Assembly (NCBI GenBank): GCA_017429985.1
Contig: JAFRNW010000004.1
Span: 1,390 to 65,389, forward strand
Direction of reading: 5' to 3'
Origin: Clostridia bacterium
GTDB lineage: Bacteria; Bacillota; Clostridia; Christensenellales; CAG-138
DNA length: 64,000 nt
In this document: piece by piece, positions 8,856 through 18,624 of the stretch
Numbering within the stretch: the first letter of the stretch is position 1
Layout of the letters: every line of letters begins with the position of its first letter
The notes under the pieces: generated by a model
What the model was told of the DNA's origin: nothing
Database searches by the model: none
Seen by the model: the letters and a program-made list of their open reading frames with translations, nothing else
Program-made: the position numbers and the translations under genes

Positions 8856-11195
8856 TTATAAACCCCCGGCAACAAGGTGAAACAGAAACGCGACCGCCCA
8901 TGCAACAAGACACTGCCAGACCGCAACACCCGCCGCCCAGGATCGTCCCAGTTCGCGTTTGATCGATGCGATGGTCGCGACGCATGGGACATAAAGCAGG
9001 CTGAAAATCAGCAGGCTTCCCGCTGCTACAGGTGTGATTGCCGTAGCGATACCTCCTCCTGCTCCGAACAGCACTTCCAGGGTGGAAACGACGCTTTCCT
9101 TTGCCATGAAGCCTGAGATAAGGGACGTTACGATACGCCAGTCGCCAAGACCAAGGGGGCGGAACAGGGGAACCAGGATTCCGGCAACAGCGGCCATGAT
9201 GCTCTCCCCGGAGTCCGTCACCAGATTCAGTTTCAGGTTAAAGCTTTGCAGGAACCAGACAACAACCGTGGCGATCAGAATGACGGAGAAAGCCTTCTGA
9301 AGGAAATCCTTTGCCTTTTCCCACATGAGCTGCAGCGTGGAGCGAACGCTCGGGAGACGGTAGTTCGGAAGCTCCATCACAAACGGGACAGGCTCACCGC
9401 GGAACAGCGTTTTTTTGTACAGAAGAGCGATCAGGATCCCGGTCAGGATTCCCAGAAGATACAGGCCGGTCATGATCAGGCCGCCCTGTTTCGGGAAAAA
9501 GGCGCTGACAAAGAAAGCGTAAATGGGAAGTTTGGCGGTGCAGCTCATGAAGGGCGTCAGCAGGATGGTCATTTTCCTGTCACGCTCGCTCGGAAGGGTA
9601 CGGGTCGACATAACGGCGGGGACGGAACAGCCGAATCCGATCAGCAGCGGAACAATGCTGCGCCCGGAGAGGCCGATTTTCCGGAGGAGCTTGTCCATAA
9701 AGAACGCCACCCGTGCAATGTAGCCGCTGTCTTCCAGCATGGAAAGGAAGAAAAACATAACGACCACGATGGGGAGAAAGCTCAGGACGCTTCCTACCCC
9801 TCCGAAAATACCGTCGATGACGAGGCGGTGAAGGGCTTCATTGACGTGACCCGCGGTCAGCGCCCGGTCGGTGAGAGCGGTTAGTATATCAATACCCTCT
9901 TCCAGGAGTCCCTGCAGCCAGGCTCCTATGACGTTGAAGGTCAGATAAAACACGCACGCCATAATCCCGATAAACAGCGGGATCGCGGTCCATTTGCCCG
10001 TCAGCACTCTGTCAAGCCGCTGGGAGCGGAGATGTTCCTTGCTTGCCTGCGGCTTGATGATACAGGCGGAACACACCTTGTCAATAAACGCATACCGCAT
10101 GTCCGCGATGGAAGCGGTCCGGTCCATCCCGCGTTCTTTTTCCATCTGAAGCGTAATATGCTCCAGCGTTTCCAGCTCGTTCCCGTCAAGCTCAAGCTGA
10201 TCAAGAAGCATCTGGTCGCCCTCTATCGCCTTGCTGGCGGCAAAGCGGAGCGGAATCCCGGCTTTTTCGGCGTGATCTTCGATCAGGCTTTCTACTGCGT
10301 GAAGGCAGCGGTGCACGGCTCCGCCGTGGTCTTTTACAGAGCAGAAGTCCTGCACGAGAGGCTTCTCCTGATATTTTGCGATGTGCAGCGCATGTGTGAT
10401 CACCTCTCCGATCCCCTGTTTTTTTGCTGCTGAAATCGGAACGACCGGAACACCGAGCATTGCCTCCATGGTATTGATGTCCACATGTCCGCCGTTACCG
10501 GTCATTTCATCCATCATGTTAAGCGCGATCACCATGGGGCGCCCCATTTCCAGCAGCTGCATGGTTAGGTAAAGGCTCCGTTCTATGCTGGTGACGTCAA
10601 TGATGTTGATGATTGCGTCCGGGTTGCTCTTCAGGACAAAGTCTCTGGAAATCAGTTCTTCGCTGGAATACGGGGACATCGAATAAATGCCAGGAAGATC
10701 TGTAACGATCGTATTTGCGTAGCCACGGATCGGGCCGTCCTTCCGGTCTACCGTAACGCCGGGAAAGTTTCCGACATGCTGATTGGATCCCGTGAGCTGG
10801 TTGAACAGGGTCGTTTTTCCGCTGTTCTGATTGCCAACAAGAGCAAAAGAAAGCACATGATCATCCGGCAGGGGATCGCCCGATCCTTTCACATGATGGA
10901 TGCCGGGCTCGCCCAGCGCGGGATGCTCCCGCTTTTTTGCCGCCCGCCTGGGAGCGGGAGATTCCTCTTTTTCAACGGGGATGACGCCGATCTTCCTGGC
11001 GTCGTCCAGACGGACGGTCAGTTCATAGCCATGGATGCGCAGTTCGATGGGATCGCCGAGCGGCGCTAGTTTAACAAGCGTGACCTCCGCTCCGGGAATG
11101 ATTCCCATATCAAGGAAATGCTGCCTGAGCGCCCCGTCTCCCCCGACGTTTTCAATCCTGGCGCTTGCTCCGATTTTCATATCGCCCAATGTCAT
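8856..11195 (-). CDS. feoB: ferrous iron transporter, FeoA domain fused to FeoB
   Basis: N-terminal FeoA-like segment (MTLGDMKIGASARI...GDPIELRIHGYELTVR). G-domain with GNQNSGKTTLFN and DLPGIYS, then a polytopic C-terminal permease. Start placed at ATG 11195 (AAGGAGA RBS); the track start at 11237 falls inside the predicted -10 box. Confidence 0.9.
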   Translation of the reverse strand: MTLGDMKIGASARIENVGGDGALRQHFLDMGIIPGAEVTLVKLAPLGDPIELRIHGYELTVRLDDARKIGVIPVEKEESPAPRRAAKKREHPALGEPGIHHVKGSGDPLPDDHVLSFALVGNQNSGKTTLFNQLTGSNQHVGNFPGVTVDRKDGPIRGYANTIVTDLPGIYSMSPYSSEELISRDFVLKSNPDAIINIIDVTSIERSLYLTMQLLEMGRPMVIALNMMDEMTGNGGHVDINTMEAMLGVPVVPISAAKKQGIGEVITHALHIAKYQEKPLVQDFCSVKDHGGAVHRCLHAVESLIEDHAEKAGIPLRFAASKAIEGDQMLLDQLELDGNELETLEHITLQMEKERGMDRTASIADMRYAFIDKVCSACIIKPQASKEHLRSQRLDRVLTGKWTAIPLFIGIMACVFYLTFNVIGAWLQGLLEEGIDILTALTDRALTAGHVNEALHRLVIDGIFGGVGSVLSFLPIVVVMFFFLSMLEDSGYIARVAFFMDKLLRKIGLSGRSIVPLLIGFGCSVPAVMSTRTLPSERDRKMTILLTPFMSCTAKLPIYAFFVSAFFPKQGGLIMTGLYLLGILTGILIALLYKKTLFRGEPVPFVMELPNYRLPSVRSTLQLMWEKAKDFLQKAFSVILIATVVVWFLQSFNLKLNLVTDSGESIMAAVAGILVPLFRPLGLGDWRIVTSLISGFMAKESVVSTLEVLFGAGGGIATAITPVAAGSLLIFSLLYVPCVATIASIKRELGRSWAAGVAVWQCLVAWAVAFLFHLVAGGL

Positions 11196-11232
11196 GGCCC
11201 CGTCTCCTTTGCGATGCTCTGATACCCTTCTA

Positions 11233-11261
11233 ATCATAACTTTTTTTTGGGAATAGTCTAT
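11233..11261 (-). promoter_or_regulatory. candidate feoAB promoter with an A8 tract in the spacer
   Basis: Minus strand reads TAGACT-N16-TATGAT, about 38 nt upstream of ATG 11195. The spacer contains AAAAAAAA (plus-strand T8 at 11241-11248). Confidence 0.4.
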
Positions 11262-11338
11262 ACAATGTAAAGAAAATCTACTACACTCTGTTCATACCTT
11301 TTTTCAGAGAAAGCATCGTTCAAACGAAGCATCCATCC

Positions 11339-12370
11339 GTGCCGCACATCGCCGGAAAGAAAGCGGATTGCTTTGCGGCAGACAACCTGCAGAACGCTGC
11401 ATGGGCCGGAAACCTGACGGAGCGGTTCCATCTATTGGAGGAACGGATTTTGGAGAATTCAAATCCTGAAAACAGCAGAATTAACGCTGAAACTGTGATT
11501 GCAAGAACAGCGGCAGCCGGGATCTGGGGGAATGTATTCCTTGCCGCGCTGAAACTGGCGGCGGGGATCTTCGGCCATTCGACTGCGATCATTTCGGACG
11601 CGGTTCATACGCTGTCCGACGTCTTTGCAACACTGATCGCCTGGATCGGGGTCAGGATGGGCAGAAAGACGCCGGACCGGGAGCACCCCTACGGACATGA
11701 CCGGTTTGAGTGCATCGCGTCACTGATACTGGCGGCCGTCCTTGTGGTGACCGGGATCAGTATCGGTATGAACTGTATCGGCCAGATCCGTTCTGGAGTG
11801 TATCGGACGGCACCTGTTCCGGGAGGGATAGCGGTCATTGCCGCGATCGTATCGATTCTGGTCAAGGAAGGGATGTACTGGTATACAAGCATCAACGCCA
11901 AGAAGATCCGTTCCGGCGCGTTTCAGGCCGATGCGTGGCATCACCGTTCCGACGCGCTTACCTCGGTTGGTGCGCTGATCGGGATCGTCGGCGCCCGCAG
12001 GGGTGTTCCGGTGCTGGACCCGGTCGCGGGAATCGTGATATGCCTTGTGATCCTGTACGTGGCGTACGGGATTTCCCGGTCTGCTTTCGGCAAAATGGTC
12101 GATAAAGCGTGTTCTCCGGAGTTTGAGCAGAAGGTGCGGGACATGATCCGGGATTATTCCGAAGAGAACGGGAAGGAAATCGGGATCGACCTGTTCCGTT
12201 CACGTCTGTTCGGAGACAATGTTTATCTCGAGATAGAGCTTTCTCTTGACGGAAGCATGAGCCTTTCCGACGCCCATAAAGTAGCGCAGGACCTGCATGA
12301 CCGAATCGAAAACAGTTTTGAGAACGTCAAACATGTCATGATCCACCTCAATCCGCGCGGCGAGGAATGA
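11339..12370 (+). CDS. cation diffusion facilitator family metal exporter
   Basis: 6 TM with metal-site motifs HSTAIISDAVHTLSD and HHRSDALTS, plus a C-terminal cytoplasmic domain. Start is uncertain; an in-frame TTG at 11450 preceded by GGAGGAA is a plausible alternative. Confidence 0.85.
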   Translation: MPHIAGKKADCFAADNLQNAAWAGNLTERFHLLEERILENSNPENSRINAETVIARTAAAGIWGNVFLAALKLAAGIFGHSTAIISDAVHTLSDVFATLIAWIGVRMGRKTPDREHPYGHDRFECIASLILAAVLVVTGISIGMNCIGQIRSGVYRTAPVPGGIAVIAAIVSILVKEGMYWYTSINAKKIRSGAFQADAWHHRSDALTSVGALIGIVGARRGVPVLDPVAGIVICLVILYVAYGISRSAFGKMVDKACSPEFEQKVRDMIRDYSEENGKEIGIDLFRSRLFGDNVYLEIELSLDGSMSLSDAHKVAQDLHDRIENSFENVKHVMIHLNPRGEE

Positions 12371-12462
12371 CATGAAAAACGAAACCGCCATACATAGCAG
12401 GATGTGCGGTGATCCTCCGGAGGAATACGCGGGGAGGATCCGCTTTCAGGCGGCGAATTGAT

Positions 12463-12483
12463 AAACAGGGGAACCTGTTTTTT
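12463..12483. terminator. intrinsic terminator between convergent CDF and dehydrogenase genes
   Basis: AAACAGG-GGAA-CCTGTTT followed by TTT. Confidence 0.7.
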
Positions 12484-12519
12484 GATTATCCGGGAGGGAG
12501 CATCAGGCAGTACGGATCC

Positions 12520-13407
12520 TTATGATCTCCGGATATCCGTTCCCGCCAGGTTTTCATAATACCTGATCAGAGAGCTGTGGTCTTCCTGATCGAACCCGTT
12601 TGCCCTGAGCCACTGCATCATTTCCATGACAGAGGCTGTCAGGGGGAGCGGCGCGCCGACACCGTGTCCCACGTCCAGCGCGTTGGCGAGGTCTTTGATG
12701 TGGAGCGCGATACGGAAGCCGGGATCGAAATCGCCGTCCAGCATCATGGGCGTTTTGCTGTTCATCACCGTGCTTCCCGCTAGACCGCCGCGGATCGCTT
12801 CAAAGATAATCTCCGGCGCAACACCGGCCTTCCTGCCAAGAACCAGCGCTTCAGAAAGCGCGGCAATGTTGGCGGCAACGATCACCTGATTCGCAAGCTT
12901 TGTCGTGTTTCCTGCGCCGATTCCGCCGCACAGTCTGACGGAGCTTCCCATAGCCCGGAGGATCGGTTCGACTTGCTGAAAGATCTCTTCTTTTCCGCCG
13001 ACCATGATGGCGAGAGTCCCGTCGATCGCTTTCGGCTCGCCGCCGGAAACAGGGGCGTCCAGCATGTAACAGCCTCGCTTTTCCGCTTCCGCGCAGACTT
13101 CCTGCGAAGCAAGAGGGTTGATCGAACTCATGTCGATAATGATCAGATCTCTCTTCGCGCCTTCCAGAACGCCGTTTCTGCCAAGGATAACATCCTTGAC
13201 ATCGGGGGAGTTCGGGAGCATCGTAATAACGACGTCACTCTTTGATGCGACATCCGCGCTGCTTGCGCCAGGCAAGGCACCGTCTTCACGCAGTTCTTCC
13301 ATCGCGCCGGAGGACCGGTTGAATACGGTTACCTCGTAACCTGCCCTGAGAAGATTTCTGCACATGGGCTTGCCCATGATTCCAAGTCCGATAAATCCGA
13401 GTTTCAT
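12520..13407 (-). CDS. NAD(P)-dependent beta-hydroxyacid dehydrogenase (2-hydroxy-3-oxopropionate / 3-hydroxyisobutyrate dehydrogenase family)
   Basis: Rossmann motif MKLGFIGLGIMGKPM with family-typical length and C-terminal domain. Start set at ATG 13407 behind GGAGG. Confidence 0.85.
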   Translation of the reverse strand: MKLGFIGLGIMGKPMCRNLLRAGYEVTVFNRSSGAMEELREDGALPGASSADVASKSDVVITMLPNSPDVKDVILGRNGVLEGAKRDLIIIDMSSINPLASQEVCAEAEKRGCYMLDAPVSGGEPKAIDGTLAIMVGGKEEIFQQVEPILRAMGSSVRLCGGIGAGNTTKLANQVIVAANIAALSEALVLGRKAGVAPEIIFEAIRGGLAGSTVMNSKTPMMLDGDFDPGFRIALHIKDLANALDVGHGVGAPLPLTASVMEMMQWLRANGFDQEDHSSLIRYYENLAGTDIRRS

Positions 13408-13597
13408 GAAGACCTCCAACAGTTCCTGTGTTTCATCGTTCCGGTGTTATTCAAAAGTGTATTGACTGGACAGAGAAAAGTCAATCGATACGGAACAGGA
13501 GTCTGTTCAGAGTGCAGCCGGTTGACGCTGCGTTTCCGAACGGATAAGATGAGTTGAAGCGAGAGGAAAATCAGACAACAGGAAGGGGAAGATCGCT

Positions 13598-13807
13598 GTG
13601 TTCCGAAAGAAAAGAAAAGTACTGCAATACGATACGGAGCATCAGAAGCCGGTGATCCGGTGCTCCATCTGTACGGGAGAGCAGACAGCGGGGTTTAAAA
13701 ATCTTCAGACCGGAAAGTTTACGGAAGTCATGCTGATCCGCACCGCTGCGGATCTGGAGGAATTCAAGCAGCTTTACGGACTGTCGGAAGTAGAGAAAGA
13801 ATACTGA
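13598..13807 (+). CDS. small conserved hypothetical protein (69 aa, CxxC-containing)
   Basis: GTG start after GGAAGGGGAAG. Contains VIRCSICTGEQTAGFKN. I recall similar small proteins in Clostridia but cannot verify that here. Confidence 0.55.
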   Translation: MFRKKRKVLQYDTEHQKPVIRCSICTGEQTAGFKNLQTGKFTEVMLIRTAADLEEFKQLYGLSEVEKEY

Positions 13808-13898
13808 TTCCCGGGAAAAGACCGCGTCCTGATATCGGGGTACAAGAATCAAAAGAAACGATTTATAATTGTATGCGTCAGCGAAAAGAGGTGCCGGT

Positions 13899-14666
13899 TT
13901 GAACAAGAAGATCATATGCCCGTCCTGCGGCGCGGAATTTGAAGATACGCTTGCGAAATGTCCATATTGCGGGACCATGTATTATCCTGCTGCGGAAAAG
14001 GAGTACATGGACCAGATGGAAGATCTGCGGGAGGGCGTCGGGGAGCTGAACCGGCTTCCGATGGAAGAAACCAAAAACCATCTGAAAAGCCGCGCCAGAT
14101 TTATCCGTACGGTTCTGATCCTGCTTGCGGTTGCGGTTGCCGTCATCGGAGGGATCTATTACGTTCATGAACGCAAAGAGGAGCAGAAAACCGAGGAAGA
14201 GTACCGCTGGATCCGTGAGCATGCTCCCGAACTCGACAGGCTGTACGAGAACGGACAGTATGACGAGATGACGGAACTGTATTCATCCTGGGTCGAGGAC
14301 AGTAAACCGGTCTGGCTCTGGAAGCACTACGAATTTGCGTACCGGCTGAGTGTCGTCCGCGAAACGGAAGCGCTGCGCAGAGAAGTAGAGGCGGGGCATA
14401 ACGGGGAGCATGATCTTGCTTCGCTTCTGTATAATGAGATCCAACTGCTTGATTTTGACCAGAAGCATCCTTATCTCAGCGAAAAGGAATACCGGTATGT
14501 GCTGGACGCGGCCAAGCCCTATCTCGAGGACATGAAAACCCGATTCCGTATGGATGACAGCAAGGTGGAAGAGATCAGAAGAACAGCAAAAGAAAACTAC
14601 GGCGTATATCCATATCGGGACTGTGAAAAACTGGTTCAGGAGTTCCTGAAGGAGAATCCATCATGA
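13899..14666 (+). CDS. zinc-ribbon domain, single-pass membrane protein
   Basis: N-terminal CPSCG...CPYCG ribbon, one TM (IRTVLILLAVAVAVIGGIYYV), then a helical Tyr/Glu-rich C-terminal domain. Likely start is TTG 13899 after AGAGGTG; the track start is 13869. Confidence 0.7.
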   Translation: MNKKIICPSCGAEFEDTLAKCPYCGTMYYPAAEKEYMDQMEDLREGVGELNRLPMEETKNHLKSRARFIRTVLILLAVAVAVIGGIYYVHERKEEQKTEEEYRWIREHAPELDRLYENGQYDEMTELYSSWVEDSKPVWLWKHYEFAYRLSVVRETEALRREVEAGHNGEHDLASLLYNEIQLLDFDQKHPYLSEKEYRYVLDAAKPYLEDMKTRFRMDDSKVEEIRRTAKENYGVYPYRDCEKLVQEFLKENPS

Positions 14667-15421
14667 AATGCAAATACTGCGGAGGAGAGGTTTCGCTCTC
14701 GGAAAAGTACTGTCCGTACTGCGGGAATCTGAACGAACAGACCGCCGCGCACGCGGACGCGATGAAGCACTTCCGAAAAGACTATGCGGAAACAAAAGCC
14801 GGAGTCATGGAAACAACGAAACGGTTCAGCGGAACCGTTGCCAATGCCGTGATCATTGCGGTTCTGGCAATTCTGCTGGTCGTTTCCATCTTCGTCGGAA
14901 ACAGAGCATGGGATATAGCCTATGAGTCGGTAAAAGCTGACGCTATCCGGCATGAGGCGGAGTACTCCCGGATCATGGACGACTATCTCCGCAACGAGCA
15001 GTTTCTGGAGTACCACGCATTTACGGAGAAACGCGGAACGAATCTGTACAGCAGGGATGCTTACGTCTCATTCCGGGGAGTGTCCTACCTGGCGGATTAT
15101 TATTTCAGTTTTTACAGGGCGCTGACCGAGGTGATCGCAGCTGACGGATACAGGAACGCAGAGTACCAGGTATCATCCATTAACAGGGGGTTAAGCGGGT
15201 TTTTCGAACAGCTGGACGATTACTGGACGAGAGACAGCATCGTGCATACGGAACTCCATGACCGGGCAGTGGGCGTCATGGAATCGAATATCGGACTCCT
15301 GCTGGATACGTATCTGTACATCGACGGAGACGCCCTGATGGAATACAGGAACGCGACGGAAGGGATGCGCCTGACAATGCTGGAAAACGCCGTGCGGGCA
15401 TATTTCGGAGGTGCCGAATGA
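14663..15421 (+). CDS. zinc-ribbon domain, single-pass membrane protein
   Basis: CKYCG...CPYCG ribbon, one TM, helical C-terminal domain. ATGA start/stop overlap with the upstream gene. Confidence 0.7.
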   Translation: MKCKYCGGEVSLSEKYCPYCGNLNEQTAAHADAMKHFRKDYAETKAGVMETTKRFSGTVANAVIIAVLAILLVVSIFVGNRAWDIAYESVKADAIRHEAEYSRIMDDYLRNEQFLEYHAFTEKRGTNLYSRDAYVSFRGVSYLADYYFSFYRALTEVIAADGYRNAEYQVSSINRGLSGFFEQLDDYWTRDSIVHTELHDRAVGVMESNIGLLLDTYLYIDGDALMEYRNATEGMRLTMLENAVRAYFGGAE

Positions 15422-15825
15422 AAACACAGAAGAAAATGCGGATCAGTTCCGTTATCATCATTATCCTGCTGGTCCTGTTGATCATCAGCACTGTGCGTGC
15501 CGTTTCGGAACTGCGCTCCTACAACAGGCGGCATTATGATACCACGGATCTAACCTATCTGATCCGCGAGTGTGATTATCCCGGGATGACGTACGACTAT
15601 TACAACTCCCTGGAAAGCATCAGCGGGGAAGATAAGGATCACCAGAATCACTGGGCGGTCATGCACTATTTCAATGACGCCGTGATGTATAAGGCGTTTC
15701 AGGAACACGGAGACACGGAACGCGCTGCCCGGTATGCAGACAGAATGAAGGGGGATCAGTCTGCCATGGGCCAGTATGCGGGGGAAGCTGACGTGATCAA
15801 CAAAATGCTGAAGATCGGAGAATAA
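15418..15825 (+). CDS. single-pass membrane protein, hypothetical
   Basis: 135 aa with an N-terminal TM (ISSVIIIILLVLLIISTV) and a Tyr/Asp-rich domain. ATGA overlap with the upstream gene. Confidence 0.65.
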   Translation: MKTQKKMRISSVIIIILLVLLIISTVRAVSELRSYNRRHYDTTDLTYLIRECDYPGMTYDYYNSLESISGEDKDHQNHWAVMHYFNDAVMYKAFQEHGDTERAARYADRMKGDQSAMGQYAGEADVINKMLKIGE

Positions 15826-15870
15826 TGGAAAGAGGTTTTCTTCGGCGGAATAAGAATATTGGGACAGCAA

Positions 15871-15895
15871 GACCGATCACCTCCGGTGGTCGGTC
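15871..15895. terminator. stem-loop between convergent genes
   Basis: GACCGATCACC-TCC-GGTGGTCGGTC (11 bp including one G-U), followed by CTTGTTGT. Confidence 0.55.
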
Positions 15896-15948
15896 CTTGT
15901 TGTCTGAATCCATATACTATTATTCAAGGCGTTGCTGTTATGGTATCG

Positions 15949-17028
15949 TCAGCGCGCTGCGGCATAGTCTTTGACCATCAGTTCTATCAGGGAGGAGACA
16001 AACCGGTGCACTTCGGGCTTCTGGTATATGTCTTTTCCCAAGGCGAGCGCTTTGCGCAGGTGCAGTTCCGTAACGTCCGTGATGGTCTTTACCCCTGTCT
16101 CGGACAGCGTATCGAACAGTTCATTGACAAATGCAAGGCGGTCTTCGGTATTCATGTTGATCAGCATGCTCTGCATGGAAGCTTCGAACGCCTGCGTGCC
16201 GCGGCTGAATTCGAGGCAGCGGATGAATCCCGTTCCGAGCACCTCCCAAAGAAATCCGTCATGTGCGGCGACTCCTGGCTTTGAGCTGCTGACAATCGTG
16301 ACGTCCTCTTCCCGGGGAAGCAGCATGCCGACGATGGAATACTGCGGAAGATAGGTCCGGAGTCTGTCGCGGATGCGCAGATATCCGTCCTGCTGAAAAA
16401 AGTCGGAGGCAAAGCCGGGTCCGTCATAGTTATAGACGGCGGTGATGCGTTCTTTGACGGCCGGGGAAGCGTTGGCGGAGGCATAAACGGCAAGGTTCCC
16501 GCCTTTTGAATGCCCTCCGACGATCAGCGGACCGGAAAAGGCGGCGGCGGTTTTTTCCAGATAGTCCAAAGCGTCCTGCTGGGCGGGAATGACGTCCCGG
16601 ACAGACATCAGGAGGTTTTCCTTCCAGCCGAGAAACGTGTCGTCCGTTCCGCGGAACGTAATGTATACCGTTCCGTCGGGCAGCAGCAGAGACAGAGCGG
16701 AAAACTGCTCGGAGGTTTCTTCGTCCAGGCGCTGGACGAAGCACGCAGCCTTGATATCCCGGAAGCGCGGGAGCTCGGTAAGGCGCCGGATCGCCGGGAT
16801 GATGGAGGAAGATGCGAGGACGCCGAGCTTCTCTCCTTCTTCTCCCCGCAGAGCAAAATACTGTTCGACAGCGGTTCCGATGTTGATGGCGTCGGGAGTG
16901 CCCGGGATGGCGCCGGTATAGTCCGGGCAGCCAAATTTGGCAAGGACGTATCCGTCGACCTCATTGAAGGGATCAAGCGTAAACATGAGATCGCCTCTCC
17001 ATTCCAGGTAATCCATTATTGTTGCCAT
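15949..17028 (-). CDS. DUF2974 / Mbeg1-like alpha/beta-hydrolase (lipase-like) protein
   Basis: N-terminus IMDYLEWRGDLMF...PFNEVDGYVLAKF and nucleophile elbow GGHSKGGNLA, as I remember for this family. Confidence 0.75.
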   Translation of the reverse strand: MATIMDYLEWRGDLMFTLDPFNEVDGYVLAKFGCPDYTGAIPGTPDAINIGTAVEQYFALRGEEGEKLGVLASSSIIPAIRRLTELPRFRDIKAACFVQRLDEETSEQFSALSLLLPDGTVYITFRGTDDTFLGWKENLLMSVRDVIPAQQDALDYLEKTAAAFSGPLIVGGHSKGGNLAVYASANASPAVKERITAVYNYDGPGFASDFFQQDGYLRIRDRLRTYLPQYSIVGMLLPREEDVTIVSSSKPGVAAHDGFLWEVLGTGFIRCLEFSRGTQAFEASMQSMLINMNTEDRLAFVNELFDTLSETGVKTITDVTELHLRKALALGKDIYQKPEVHRFVSSLIELMVKDYAAAR

Positions 17029-17186
17029 GGCGCTGCACTCCTTTCGCGTTCGGGTTTCGCTGTTCTGCTGGTTTATTGGCGGAAGTATTTTGCTGATCCG
17101 GATGCAGGGGCGGAGCAGCAGGATACGATCGCGACCATGGAATCATTGTATCCGCATGCGTCGCGTTTTGCCATAGCGTTACGTGG

Positions 17187-17882
17187 CTAAGCCTGCTTAC
17201 GGATTTTCGGGAGCCAGTAATCTTTTCCGTATACGATGAGTTCCGCAAACAGTGCTACGATTGCGGCGGCGAAGACATCGACGGCGGAATGCTGCTTGAT
17301 AAAGCACACCGCCATGCAGATCAGCAGGATGATGACTGTCAGGACGGTTTTTGCCCACCAGGGAAGCATATCGTCTTTGAGGCTGACCGACAGGATGCCA
17401 AGAGAGTATGCCACATGCAGAGAGGGACAGACGCCCGTGTTCGTGTCAAAGGCGTAAAGGAAGCGTATGACGGCGGTCATAACGTTTTCGCGCGGGAACA
17501 CTTCGGGACGGAGATCCTGCCTGCTTGGATAGATAATGTAGCAGAGCATCGCAACGGCCTGGGTGATCATGATAAAGATCTGAAGTTTTTTGAAGCGCGG
17601 CACATCATAGAACAGCGTGAACGCCAGGGAGCCTGCCACAAGAAAAAACCATCCGACATAAAAAATGACGAAGTACTCGTTGAACGGAATCACGTCGTCC
17701 AAAGCGCAGTGAATGGGGTGGCACCGGTCGGCGGGAATCAGATTTTCTGTCAGAAAATACATGGCGAAATAGGCGATCCAGCCCCACAGCAGTTTGATGT
17801 GGGAGAAACGCGGGTCATTCAGTTTTCGAAGCGAAAAGCCCCTGTAATCAACCAACTGTTTTTTCAACGGAATAAACCTCAA
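17187..17882 (-). CDS. PAP2-superfamily membrane protein, sphingomyelin-synthase-like (PAP2_C type)
   Basis: 6 TM with PSLHVAYS and KQHSAVDVFAA motifs resembling PAP2 C2/C3 boxes. Start is uncertain (TTG candidates at 17882, 17867, 17855). Overlaps the 3' end of the upstream gene. Confidence 0.7.
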   Translation of the reverse strand: MRFIPLKKQLVDYRGFSLRKLNDPRFSHIKLLWGWIAYFAMYFLTENLIPADRCHPIHCALDDVIPFNEYFVIFYVGWFFLVAGSLAFTLFYDVPRFKKLQIFIMITQAVAMLCYIIYPSRQDLRPEVFPRENVMTAVIRFLYAFDTNTGVCPSLHVAYSLGILSVSLKDDMLPWWAKTVLTVIILLICMAVCFIKQHSAVDVFAAAIVALFAELIVYGKDYWLPKIRKQA

Positions 17883-18624
17883 GCGGGATGTTTTTGTGAT
17901 ATTCGGACTTCGGCATGTTCGGGTACGGGATAACGGTGTGTTCCGGAAGGGAAACGGCGATTTCCGTGATCCGGTCCATCAGAAGTCCGCAGATCCGCTC
18001 CCGCTCTATCTCCGGAGGGTTATCCGGCAGAAAAGGAACCGGTTTCCCGAAGTGCATTTCTTTGCGTTTGGGAGCGAGGTACATGGGAATGAAAGAGATT
18101 GCGTTTCCGGTTTTTTTCCAGTAAAGACGCGCAAGGTCGATAAACCTGTCCTGGAAATCCCAGATGATATTGTTGCGGGGAACATAGTGCTCCGGGAATA
18201 TCACGACACGTCTTCCTCTGGAAAGGCTTTCAACAGAATTCCGGAAAGTAGTCATAATGCGGGAGTCGCGATAAACGGCGATGGTATCCGCGTTCGTAAA
18301 AAGACAGATGGACAGGGGGACGATCAGATGGCTCAGGATGCGGTAGAACCAATGGACGGATGCCGGTTTCCGGGACCAGAAATCCTGAAAAGCATAATCT
18401 GCAACCTCTTCCCGCTGCATCATTTCACCGGTACACCAGGTGTCATGCGGACCGGGGGTGTACAGCTCTGAAGCGATAGGACCATACATGTGGCAGTGGT
18501 TCCCCGCGATCACGCAGGGACCGTCCGGAAGATTTTCCGTGCCGCAAAGAGTGTATTTCGGAGAGAACAGCCAGACGAGCCAGCGGATCACCCGGTATGT
18601 GACGGTTGTTTTTTTTCGCTCCAT
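17848..18624 (-). CDS. lysophospholipid acyltransferase (PlsC/LPLAT)-like protein
   Basis: Blocks resembling LPLAT motifs (VIAGNHCHMYGP, VVIFPEHYVPRNN), but the canonical HX4D Asp is not evident. Start at ATG 18624; the track ORF extends to 18684 without an RBS. Confidence 0.6.
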   Translation of the reverse strand: MERKKTTVTYRVIRWLVWLFSPKYTLCGTENLPDGPCVIAGNHCHMYGPIASELYTPGPHDTWCTGEMMQREEVADYAFQDFWSRKPASVHWFYRILSHLIVPLSICLFTNADTIAVYRDSRIMTTFRNSVESLSRGRRVVIFPEHYVPRNNIIWDFQDRFIDLARLYWKKTGNAISFIPMYLAPKRKEMHFGKPVPFLPDNPPEIERERICGLLMDRITEIAVSLPEHTVIPYPNMPKSEYHKNIPLEVYSVEKTVG

